Positions 39,967 through 48,743 of a stretch of DNA of 64,000 nt are shown here, piece after piece. The notes under the pieces are model-generated. The model worked only from the letters and a program-made list of their open reading frames with translations, did no database searches and was not told the origin of the DNA. The stretch comes from Candidatus Aenigmatarchaeota archaeon (GTDB taxonomy: Archaea > Aenigmatarchaeota > Aenigmatarchaeia > CG10238-14). Both the position numbers and the translations under genes were made by a program. The stretch's first letter is position 1. Every line of letters begins with the position of its first letter. The stretch lies in assembly GCA_018920345.1 (NCBI GenBank), contig JAHLMN010000006.1:8817-72816 (forward strand). The letters run 5' to 3'.

Positions 39967-40659
39967 ATGGAAAATAAATTCATAATAACATTTATCGCAA
40001 TAATAATTCTAGTAGCTTTATTTTTGGCATCCCCTAGAGGTAAAGAATTTCTTGAAAAATCAAAATTAAAGGACAAACTAAGTGTAATAGGAAATTTTTT
40101 TAAAAGTCTTACAGGCAAAGTAACTTCAGTAAAAAACAATGAAGGATCTAGAATTCAAATAAAATTGTCTGGAGTAGATCCTACCTATATGAATAATCAA
40201 CAATTGAATTTAGACGAATCAGAATTTTCGATAAGTTTAAAGGCAGAATCTGCAAATTTAGATGCAATGACTTTATCTTTTAAAGCAAATGCAGATATAT
40301 ATTCTTCCAGTTTTAAAGGAAAAATTACCTATTCGCAAGATAAAATCACCTTAGAAGGTAAGGCAAATGATATAGGAATAGATAATTTTGTTGTAAATAA
40401 AACAGACATATCTTTTACTATAACTGGAAAACCAACAAATTATAAAATAACAAACATTAAAAAAGACTTTATTTCTTTCACTGAAGTTTCTGGTAGCTTA
40501 ACATGGGCAGGTTTGAAAACACCAGCAATGCTCCAGAAAGATAAACTTGATTTATATGATTTTAGTGGCACAATTGAAGAGAAAAACGGTTTAATATATA
40601 TTGAAGGCACAGTAACATACATGAAATTAAATAATGTTCCTATAGGAATTTTCAAATAA
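39967..40659 (+). CDS. membrane-anchored beta-rich hypothetical protein
   Basis: N-terminal TM, LTG motif. Confidence 0.75.
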   Translation: MENKFIITFIAIIILVALFLASPRGKEFLEKSKLKDKLSVIGNFFKSLTGKVTSVKNNEGSRIQIKLSGVDPTYMNNQQLNLDESEFSISLKAESANLDAMTLSFKANADIYSSSFKGKITYSQDKITLEGKANDIGIDNFVVNKTDISFTITGKPTNYKITNIKKDFISFTEVSGSLTWAGLKTPAMLQKDKLDLYDFSGTIEEKNGLIYIEGTVTYMKLNNVPIGIFK

Positions 40660-40661
40660 AG

Positions 40662-41744
40662 CTAAAAAGGTCTATTCTCTCTTCTTAATTTAAAAATAAT
40701 CGAAATATTCCCTGCTTTATTTATCAAATCATGATAGAAATTTTCTAAATCTTCTTGTGTCAATTTTGCTCTTTGATCTGCTTCAATTAAAACAGCAGGT
40801 AAACCATACCCGGCATGACCACTTGTTGAGATTAAAAATTCAGAAATTTTATCTGCCAATTTGGTTGGTTCATCGTTTGCAATAAAATCAACTCTTATCG
40901 GTCTATCAAATTCTGCTGTTCTTAAATAAAAACTCATAAATTTGTCTGCCATTTTGTTGAATTCTTTTATTATTGGATGATGCTCAGGATCAGATGTATA
41001 GTTGAATACACATGTCCTTTCTGATTTTTTTAAAATATAATGAAGAACATTACTATCTCTAGATTTTGCTATTATATCAACACTTTCCTTTGGTAAAACG
41101 TCTTGAAGAAAACTAAAAACTCTTCTTATAAGAATATCACAAAACTTGTTACCTCTGCTATCTTCAATCACTCCCGCTACAACTGTATCTTTGATTGATT
41201 CAAAAAATTCTTTATATTTTTCTATCAGTCTTTTATAATATTCTTTTGCAAATTCATTGTCTGGTTTTGTTATATAATGTGGTATTACTGATCCATCCAA
41301 AAGAATCATATCAGGTTTAAATTTTTCTAAAGATTCTATGGCTATTTCTATTTCTTTTGTTTGTCTTATGAAATTGAAGCAATAAGCTAAATCTATTTCA
41401 GACAAAGCCTCTATTATAGTAGCTCTATCAGGTTCAGGTATAGAAGATGGATGATAGTCTATCTTTATTAAAGACCCATTTTTATAGATAAAATTCACAC
41501 CAACCGCTCTATAAGCCAATAAATCTAGTCCATGTAAGCTAGCTTTTACTATACCTCCATCAACACCAACAACATTTATATCTTTCATTGATTTGTCTAC
41601 AGCAACTATTATCTTTTTTTCAGGAATTTCTTCATTAGGTCCTATATCAAAGTTATTATTTATTTTTCTTACTTCTTTACCAACTAATTCCTTCATTTTT
41701 TCAATATTCCTAAGGCGATTCACAATTTGCTCAAAATCTTGCAT
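40662..41744 (-). CDS. nurA: NurA family nuclease
   Basis: VGVDGG, LLDGS, RVDF, GYGLPAVLIEAD. Confidence 0.88.
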   Translation of the reverse strand: MQDFEQIVNRLRNIEKMKELVGKEVRKINNNFDIGPNEEIPEKKIIVAVDKSMKDINVVGVDGGIVKASLHGLDLLAYRAVGVNFIYKNGSLIKIDYHPSSIPEPDRATIIEALSEIDLAYCFNFIRQTKEIEIAIESLEKFKPDMILLDGSVIPHYITKPDNEFAKEYYKRLIEKYKEFFESIKDTVVAGVIEDSRGNKFCDILIRRVFSFLQDVLPKESVDIIAKSRDSNVLHYILKKSERTCVFNYTSDPEHHPIIKEFNKMADKFMSFYLRTAEFDRPIRVDFIANDEPTKLADKISEFLISTSGHAGYGLPAVLIEADQRAKLTQEDLENFYHDLINKAGNISIIFKLRRENRPF

Positions 41745-41768
41745 AAAAATAATTTCTATTTCAAATAT

Positions 41769-41927
41769 TTAGCCATAAAACTTTAGAATTACTTCTAAAA
41801 CTATCAAACCTACAGTAAAGTAAACGACATATTCTGGTTTTATCTTTATTGTTTCTTTCGGCTCTTCACTATATCTAACTATACCAGCCATACCAGATGG
41901 TATTCTTGCTTGATCTTTTTTGCTCAT
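41769..41927 (-). CDS. secG: protein translocase subunit Sec61beta/SecG
   Basis: Manual translation MSKKDQARIPSGMAGIVRYSEE..IKIKPEYVV plus TM. Confidence 0.9.
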   Translation of the reverse strand: MSKKDQARIPSGMAGIVRYSEEPKETIKIKPEYVVYFTVGLIVLEVILKFYG

Positions 41928-41962
41928 AGCAACCAACTAAATATTATTGTAGATAAAAATAA

Positions 41963-42215
41963 AAAGGTGTGTTGGTATAGCCCATCTTCTGTTTTAGATA
42001 GCATCCGTCTAAGCGCCAAAGCTTGCACTTCACAGGCTTTCCCGGTCCGTTTCATCCTTTGCTGCCAGACGTCTTTTTACATTCATTCCATATAGGCAGA
42101 AAGGTATCGTTTCTGATACCGGAAAGACAGCTCTCGCCGTCTTTAGCCTCCATGGATGGAACTTCCTCACCTTTCTTTTGAGGGAAAGGCGAAGCTATCT
42201 TACCAACTCACCTTT
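41963..42215 (-). ncRNA. rnpB: RNase P RNA, short (about 253 nt), type M-like
   Basis: P1 AAAGGTGAGTTGGTA/TACCAACACACCTTT, P2 AGATAGC/GCTATCT, GAGGAAGTTCCATC and ACAGAAGATGGGCTA P4 elements, AGAAAC and TGAAACGG motifs. Confidence 0.92.
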
Positions 42216-42287
42216 ATTTATAATGATTCAAATCATATTTAAAAATTTGATGCTATGTTTATTTTTATCTAAAACAATACTTTTTTT

Positions 42288-43094
42288 GTGAAAGGAGACA
42301 GTTTTTTCGTTAAATCAATCTATCTGATTTTAATAATATTGGCAGTAGCTTTCTTCATAAATAGACTTGTGTCAGTAAACATAACAAATATGAAAATCGA
42401 GAAAATAGACGAGTTTGAAAATAATGTGAAAATAATATATAATAAACTTTTATCAGAAGATTGTTTAGGTTATAAGGAAGAAGCAAATATAAACAATCAA
42501 AAATTAAACATAACTTCCCATAAAATAATAGATAAAAATAAGCTAGATATTTTTGTCGAAAAATATGCTGATACAGAGCCTATTTGTGCAATAGACGGAT
42601 ATTATGGATATAGAGTAGAAATAACATCACCCGGATTTTATTTTTCCACATATCCTAATGAAATAACAAAAGAAACAGTAGAAGTTGAAAAAGATGAAGA
42701 ATCATGGAGTTTTGGTCAAAATGTTTTTTCAGAAGGTGATGCATTTGAAAGGCAAACAGAAATTGTTATGCCAGTCACAATTTTTTATTCACATGATAAA
42801 TTTATTCCCGCTCAAATGAAAATAATATTTTCTAGTGGGGATATAGAAAAACTATCTAGTTTTATTGATAGATCATGTAATTCTTTAGGTTTTGATGGTA
42901 TTGATATGGAGATACATTATCCTGTTTATTTGAAAGATAATAATGAAAAATACATATGTATGAGATTTCCTCAGGGTGAAAAATGTCAAAAATTGTTGTG
43001 TAATAAAGACATAGAATTTCCATCTATAGAAAAACCTGGTTATTATTCTTTAAGATCAAATTCACAAAATAATAAAATAAAAATATCGGGATGA
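42288..43094 (+). CDS. exported protein with class III-like signal peptide
   Basis: MKG followed by hydrophobic helix; Cys pairs. Confidence 0.75.
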   Translation: MKGDSFFVKSIYLILIILAVAFFINRLVSVNITNMKIEKIDEFENNVKIIYNKLLSEDCLGYKEEANINNQKLNITSHKIIDKNKLDIFVEKYADTEPICAIDGYYGYRVEITSPGFYFSTYPNEITKETVEVEKDEESWSFGQNVFSEGDAFERQTEIVMPVTIFYSHDKFIPAQMKIIFSSGDIEKLSSFIDRSCNSLGFDGIDMEIHYPVYLKDNNEKYICMRFPQGEKCQKLLCNKDIEFPSIEKPGYYSLRSNSQNNKIKISG

Positions 43095-43099
43095 TTTAA

Positions 43100-44626
43100 T
43101 TGAAAGGGCAATCAAAAGAGTTAGTAGAATTAACAATAGTTGTTGTTATAATTATTGTTATAGGTTTAATAACATACTTCTTTTTATCTTCTAGAACAAT
43201 AAGCAAAAAGAATATTCAAGTAGAAGAAAAACAATTTTATCATATAGGAGATGTAAGCAAAAACATTTTTTACACCAAAATTCCGGGGATAGATAAAACA
43301 TTATCTCAGCTTTTATCTGATAGAATGATGAGTGAGAGCGATGAAATATTTTATGGTGAAGGTTACGGCATAATTAATGTTGCAGATTTTGTAAATTATT
43401 ATCTTAGCCAATATTATTCAGAAAATTGGAACTTGACCGTAATTTTAATTTTAAGAAATATTAATCCCATGTGGTTTCCTAATTCAGAAAGTTCAACAAT
43501 ATCAAAAGTTAGTTCGTCTGATGGCTTTGAAATGGCAAGATATTACACAGTTCCAGATAATTTATTCCCAAATATAAAAGGAAATCCATCTAGAATTGGT
43601 GTAGACAGCAAAGGTAATGCTTGGATAGGTAACAGAGAATATCCCAGCATAGTTAAAATAGGTTTAAAGGAAAATGGTCAATGTGTAGATAAAAATCGAA
43701 ATGGAATAATAGATACTTCTTTTGATAAAAATCGAAATGGAATAATAGATCAAGATGAAATACTACCATTCAATCAAGATGAATGTATATTGAAAAATAT
43801 TGAGTTTCGAAATGTCCAGGGAAAATATTTTGTAAGGGCTGTTTGTATTGATAAAAATGATAATGTATACGCTGGTTTATTTGATGCAAAAAAAATGTTT
43901 TATATTGATGGCAAGACAGGAGAAATAATAAAAGAGAAAGAAATGCCATCAACTCTTTATGGTTGTTTTGTTGATAAAAATAATAAAGTATGGTTTTCTA
44001 CTCTAAGTCCTGCACTAATTCTCTATGATCCATCAACAGATAATGTATTTAATTTTGATTTAGGCAGCTGCACAAATTATGGTATATCACCTTGCAGAAA
44101 ATCTGATTGTATGTTAGTGAACTGCCACGAAGAATATAAGATAATAAAAATTAGCACATCTAAAGAAGATTTTGGCAAAATAATACAAACAATAAATGTT
44201 GAGTTTGATGGCGGTAAAGGTATAATAACTGATGAAGAAGACAATATATATACAGTTTTTTCGAAGAGTAATAAGATAGCAAAATATGATTCAAATGGAA
44301 ATTTTATTAAAAGCGCAGATACTTGTAACACAGTTCATGGCGTAGGTATAGATTCAGAAAAGAAAGTATGGGTCGCATGCTCAGATAGTTATGTAGTTTC
44401 TTATGATGAAAACTTGAATTTTCTTTCAAGTCATTCTTTTGGTGATATTCATTATGTATACAACTTCTTTACAGATTATAATGTAAAGATAAACGAAATA
44501 AAAAATATAGCATCATATGGAAAAAATTTTAATGATATAGATCCATCACGAATAAGAACATTCCATTTTCCAATACCTTTACCTGGATCATCAATGTATG
44601 CTGAGGCGATTTTGTATGTTTGGTAA
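43100..44626 (+). CDS. pilin-like protein with inserted beta-propeller and Ca-binding-like loops
   Basis: MKGQ..hydrophobic helix; repeated GVDSKGNAW, CIDKNDNVY, FVDKNNKVW, GIDSEKKVW blades; DKNRNGIID twice. Confidence 0.75.
   Translation: MKGQSKELVELTIVVVIIIVIGLITYFFLSSRTISKKNIQVEEKQFYHIGDVSKNIFYTKIPGIDKTLSQLLSDRMMSESDEIFYGEGYGIINVADFVNYYLSQYYSENWNLTVILILRNINPMWFPNSESSTISKVSSSDGFEMARYYTVPDNLFPNIKGNPSRIGVDSKGNAWIGNREYPSIVKIGLKENGQCVDKNRNGIIDTSFDKNRNGIIDQDEILPFNQDECILKNIEFRNVQGKYFVRAVCIDKNDNVYAGLFDAKKMFYIDGKTGEIIKEKEMPSTLYGCFVDKNNKVWFSTLSPALILYDPSTDNVFNFDLGSCTNYGISPCRKSDCMLVNCHEEYKIIKISTSKEDFGKIIQTINVEFDGGKGIITDEEDNIYTVFSKSNKIAKYDSNGNFIKSADTCNTVHGVGIDSEKKVWVACSDSYVVSYDENLNFLSSHSFGDIHYVYNFFTDYNVKINEIKNIASYGKNFNDIDPSRIRTFHFPIPLPGSSMYAEAILYVW
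43688..43750 (+). repeat. 27-bp exact direct repeat (36-bp period)
   Basis: GATAAAAATCGAAATGGAATAATAGAT at 43688 and 43724. Confidence 0.85.
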
Positions 44627-46454
44627 AAAATCTCAAAGCAGTTTAATAATAATTGTAGGTATAATATCAGTTGCGGTTTTATTGTGGATTTTTAATTTGT
44701 ATAAACAAACTTCAGATACAAAAGAATTTCTAAAAAATCTAAAAATATCTAAAATTCAAGAATATTTAGAAATGTTTAAAGGGTATACTAGAAATTCTCT
44801 TATACTATCAGCTCACAAATCTACAATTGAGATATCTAAAAAAGGTGGAAATCCTTTTAGAGAACCTATAAGAACATGGATATGTACAGATCCAATTTAT
44901 CCTAGTGTTAATGAGATAAGATATTTCTTATCAGAATCAACAAAAAATTCATTGAATTCTTATCTTTTGAACGCAAATAAAAGTAAGCAAACAGAGGATA
45001 TTAAAATTCTAATAGATCCATCTACTTGTGTAGATTATGATGTTTCAGATTCTAGTTTGATGAAAGGAGAGAATGATGAAAAGTTTAATGTAGGTGCTTA
45101 TGGAAGTCATATATATATAAATTATGATTTTGATGCTGTAAATTCAACAAATAGCGTTTATGAAGAAATTACAAGAGATAGATTTTGGTATATTTATAGA
45201 AATTTTAGAGAATGGGCAAGCAAAAATACTTTTAAAAAATATGTATGTCAATGCATGAATTTAATTTGTAAATGCGATAAATCTGGATCATGCAGTGAGA
45301 AATGTCTTGTTTTTGAAGAATGCATAAACAATGCATTAAACAATGCATTAAATGATTTGCAAAAAAGTTTTGATGAATATGTAGAGTGTGGTTATGTGAA
45401 AAATTGTTGTTATCAAGAAAAACAAAGTTGCGGTGATGTTGCTGGTTGTACTAATTGGGAAAATCCGCCTCAATGTAATAAATGCAATTATGGAAATCCT
45501 GACAAGTTGTGTACAGCAAATGATTTGACACTTTCATCTAATGAGAAGAAGTCTTATTTCTATGAAGAGTACTATACACCAAGAATGGCCCTTCCACAAG
45601 AACCAGAAGATACATGCGCTGACAAAAAAGTTGAAATGTGGAATACAGTAAAAGCATCCACAGAGGCAATATTTTCATGTGTTGATAAAAAGTATGTTTT
45701 GTCAAGTCCGGAAAAATACATAACTTTTAATGTTCATGTTCAAATGTCTCTTCAGTCTCGACAATGCTATAGCGAAGGTCAATGTACATGTAAATGGAAT
45801 TGTGAAATAAATCCATCTACAGGAAAATGCTTGGATGGTAAAGAGCCGAAATGTTTAGAATGCGTGCCGACAGAGCTAGCTGGACACTGGTGCACCGAAT
45901 GTAAAGCTTCATCATCAAAACCAGTCTCAGAACCTATTGCATTAGATTTTAAACAAGTAAATGTACCAATAAACTATAAAACTTATAGTGGTAACTATCA
46001 ACAAATTTTTGAACAAATAAAATCAGAAATGGGCTTGAATGTAAATTTATATAATGATGTCGGATGTATAAAAATATCTGATTCGGCTTGGTGTTGGACT
46101 ACATCGGAGGGATGCAATGGTTTTGGTGTATATTGTAAATTTAATGTTTTACAAAAATTACCTGAAGAAAAATTAAATATTTTATTTAGACATGAGCTAA
46201 CTCATGTTGTTCAAAGTTTATATTATCATTGTAATTCAAGAACTCAGCTAGAATGGGGAGCTGATTATTATGCTGGAAGCAATTATTATGATTTCAAATT
46301 TAATGACGACACCAATTGCATTAAAGCTCCAGAAGTAACACAAGAACTTTTGGGCAAATGGTGCACTGAAGATGAAATAAAAAAAGCAGCTATATGTGAC
46401 CCTTCCATTTCTGTGAATTGCTTAAATGCTTTCAAATCATTACATTTCTGTTAA
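44616..46454 (+). CDS. large Cys-rich exported protein with C-terminal HEXXH motif
   Basis: MFGKKSQ..hydrophobic helix; very high Cys content; RHELTHVVQ followed by EWGAD. Confidence 0.75.
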   Translation: MFGKKSQSSLIIIVGIISVAVLLWIFNLYKQTSDTKEFLKNLKISKIQEYLEMFKGYTRNSLILSAHKSTIEISKKGGNPFREPIRTWICTDPIYPSVNEIRYFLSESTKNSLNSYLLNANKSKQTEDIKILIDPSTCVDYDVSDSSLMKGENDEKFNVGAYGSHIYINYDFDAVNSTNSVYEEITRDRFWYIYRNFREWASKNTFKKYVCQCMNLICKCDKSGSCSEKCLVFEECINNALNNALNDLQKSFDEYVECGYVKNCCYQEKQSCGDVAGCTNWENPPQCNKCNYGNPDKLCTANDLTLSSNEKKSYFYEEYYTPRMALPQEPEDTCADKKVEMWNTVKASTEAIFSCVDKKYVLSSPEKYITFNVHVQMSLQSRQCYSEGQCTCKWNCEINPSTGKCLDGKEPKCLECVPTELAGHWCTECKASSSKPVSEPIALDFKQVNVPINYKTYSGNYQQIFEQIKSEMGLNVNLYNDVGCIKISDSAWCWTTSEGCNGFGVYCKFNVLQKLPEEKLNILFRHELTHVVQSLYYHCNSRTQLEWGADYYAGSNYYDFKFNDDTNCIKAPEVTQELLGKWCTEDEIKKAAICDPSISVNCLNAFKSLHFC

Positions 46455-46536
46455 GCCTCAGGTGGGGATCGAACCCACGACCTATCGCTTTCACTACTTT
46501 ACGAGGCGATTGCTCTACCAACTGAGCTACTGAGGC
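46454..46536 (-). tRNA. tRNA-Thr(CGT) with 10-nt intron (46490-46499)
   Basis: GCCTCAG/CTGAGGC acceptor, ATCGC/GCGAT stem enclosing 17 nt CTCGTA-AAGTAGTGAA-A. Confidence 0.88.
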
Positions 46537-46579
46537 ACTAAAGTTTAATAAATTTCATTTACATATAAATATAGCATTT

Positions 46580-47581
46580 TTGAGGTTTATTTGTATGGAA
46601 GAAACAATGTTCTGGTCAAAAGAAGGAAAAAAAATAAGATGCGGCATTTGTTCTTTTAACTGTTTAATTGAAAATGGATCTTTCGGTAGATGTAAATTAA
46701 GATATAATGAAAATGGCTCTTTGAAAATGAAAAATTTAGGAAAAATAAAAGATATTAACAAAAGATCTGTAGAATCTTTACCTTTATATCATTTCATGCC
46801 TGGTCATGAAGCCATGGTTGTTTCAACTATAGGAACAAATATAGATTGGATTAGCTCTATTGATGATAAAGTTAAAGGAAATAAAGTAAAATCTGAAGAT
46901 TTAATAAAAGAACTAAATGCGAAAAAAATTAAGATCTTAGCTTTTAACGATTCAGAGCCAATAATATCTTTTGAATTAATTTTTAAAATAATGCGTTTAG
47001 CGAAAAGATATAATATAAAAACAGTTCTAACTACAAATGGATTCATAAGTTCAGAGGCAATAAAAAAGATTGGAAAATATTTAGATGCAGCTATAGTTAA
47101 TATAGTAGCTTCTGCCGACAAAAATTTTTATCAAAAATATTTTAATGTTGATGACTCTTATGCTATTTTTGATGCTTTGAAAAATTTCAAAAAACATAGA
47201 GTTTTTACTGAAGTAACAAATACAATAATACCTGAAATAGGTGAAGATGAATCTAGTCATTCAAATCTTGTAGATTGGCTAATAAATAATTTGGATTCTA
47301 GTGTACCATATCATTTATTAAAATTCGAGCCTTTTGGCAGATTTAAAGATATATCAGAAACACCTGTAGAGTTATTTGAAAAATTTGCTTTTGAAGCTGA
47401 AAAAAGTGGATTAAGATTTGTATATGTCCATGACCCTTATGTTGCAGGTTATAGTACAACTTATTGTTATAATTGCAGGTTTCCCTTAATAGAAAGATTA
47501 GGTGATGCAATAATAGAAAATAGATTAGATGGTGATAGGTGCCCAAGTTGCGGTTTTAGAATAAGTTTAGTTATAGAATAG
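46580..47581 (+). CDS. AmmeMemoRadiSam-type radical SAM homolog lacking CxxxCxxC
   Basis: CGICSFNC..GRC, PLYHFMPG, EPII, TNGF, EVTNTIIP, CYNC and CPSCG; likely start ATG 46595. Confidence 0.8.
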   Translation: MRFICMEETMFWSKEGKKIRCGICSFNCLIENGSFGRCKLRYNENGSLKMKNLGKIKDINKRSVESLPLYHFMPGHEAMVVSTIGTNIDWISSIDDKVKGNKVKSEDLIKELNAKKIKILAFNDSEPIISFELIFKIMRLAKRYNIKTVLTTNGFISSEAIKKIGKYLDAAIVNIVASADKNFYQKYFNVDDSYAIFDALKNFKKHRVFTEVTNTIIPEIGEDESSHSNLVDWLINNLDSSVPYHLLKFEPFGRFKDISETPVELFEKFAFEAEKSGLRFVYVHDPYVAGYSTTYCYNCRFPLIERLGDAIIENRLDGDRCPSCGFRISLVIE

Positions 47582-47618
47582 TTTTATTTATTTTATAATT
47601 AAATAAATAATTGATTTT

Positions 47619-48500
47619 ATGAAACGTTTCATATTAATTTTATTTTTGCTTCCAGTGTGCTATGCTCAGGTTATAAACGATATAGATACTAATATTTATT
47701 TAACAGAAACAGATGCTAAAATAGAAATGAATATTTATTTTTCTAAGATAAATCAAATTGAGTTCCCGATTTATAATGACATTTATGATCTAAATTCTGA
47801 AAGAGCTGTTTGTATAATATCTTCTGGTATACAAAAAGTAATTCAATGTAAACCAGATGTAGGCTCTGAAAATATAAAAATAAGTTTCAATGTAAAAAAC
47901 ATAGTCAGACAAAGTAATGGTATAATGATTTTTAGCTATGATATGCCAGTATCTTTTAATACAAAACAAGTTAATGTTAAATTAGAGCTTCCTTTTGGGT
48001 ATGCATTGACCGATAAGGTTTTAGTACCAATTTCCCCTCCTAATACTGAAGTTGGTACAGATGGAAGAAAAATATTTGTTAGATGGGAATTCAAAAATAA
48101 AGAACCAGATGACATAATACCATTAAGAGTTTATTTTGAAAAAACAGGCGAAACAAACAACATAAAATATTATGGTGCTATAATTGCAGTTTCTATCTCC
48201 ATAATAATAATATTGATTGTTCTTTATCTTAGATTAATAAAAAAGAAACCTGAATTAGTATTGTCTGTTTTGAATGAAGCTGAAAGAATGGTTGTGGAAA
48301 TATTGCAGAGTCAACCTGAAGAAGAAGTTGACCAAAGAAAGATAGTTAATTTATCAGGTTTTTCTAAAGCCAAGGTTAGTAGAATTATTCAAAGTTTAGA
48401 AGAAAGGGGGGTAATAGAAAGTATAAGATATGGTAGGAAGAATAAAATAAAATTAAAGAAAAAATTTGTCAAAGAGGAAACCGAACAATCTGAAAAATAA
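47619..48500 (+). CDS. membrane-bound transcriptional regulator with C-terminal HTH (COG2512-like)
   Basis: Signal peptide, extracellular domain, TM, QRKIVNLSGFSKAKVSRIIQSLEERG..GRKNKI. Confidence 0.85.
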   Translation: MKRFILILFLLPVCYAQVINDIDTNIYLTETDAKIEMNIYFSKINQIEFPIYNDIYDLNSERAVCIISSGIQKVIQCKPDVGSENIKISFNVKNIVRQSNGIMIFSYDMPVSFNTKQVNVKLELPFGYALTDKVLVPISPPNTEVGTDGRKIFVRWEFKNKEPDDIIPLRVYFEKTGETNNIKYYGAIIAVSISIIIILIVLYLRLIKKKPELVLSVLNEAERMVVEILQSQPEEEVDQRKIVNLSGFSKAKVSRIIQSLEERGVIESIRYGRKNKIKLKKKFVKEETEQSEK

Positions 48501-48550
48501 AAAATAATTTTAATGATTTTTTAGCCGTTTTTTTGATTTATTTTTCTTTT

Positions 48551-48651
48551 TGAAACAATTTTATCGAGAAAAAATTCTTTTATTTTAAAAAATAAACATA
48601 AATTTTTCTTTTAATTTTTCTTATGAAATTGTTTCACGCAATATTTATATA
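48551..48651 (+). promoter_or_regulatory. S-layer promoter with two TGAAA-N3-TTTCA-like sites and TATA box
   Basis: TGAAACAATTTTA 48551-48563, TGAAATTGTTTCA 48624-48636, TTTATATA 48644-48651. Confidence 0.5.
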
Positions 48652-48680
48652 CCTATTTTGCTCATATATGTAGCATGAAG

Positions 48681-48719
48681 AATAGGCTGCAGAGCCTATT
48701 TGCCACTTGCAAAAGTGGT
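48681..48719 (+). promoter_or_regulatory. two tandem hairpins in the S-layer 5' leader
   Basis: AATAGGCT-GCAG-AGCCTATT and GCCACTT-GCAA-AAGTGGT. Confidence 0.6.
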
Positions 48720-48743
48720 TAAAAAATAAAGGTGAAAAATAAA

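Noticed and set aside
41910-42095. 61-aa plus-strand ORF
   Set aside because: Overlaps the RNase P RNA and the secG start on the opposite strand.
42216-46536. Integrated element at tRNA-Thr
   Set aside because: No integrase and no duplicated tRNA 3' end seen at the other boundary.
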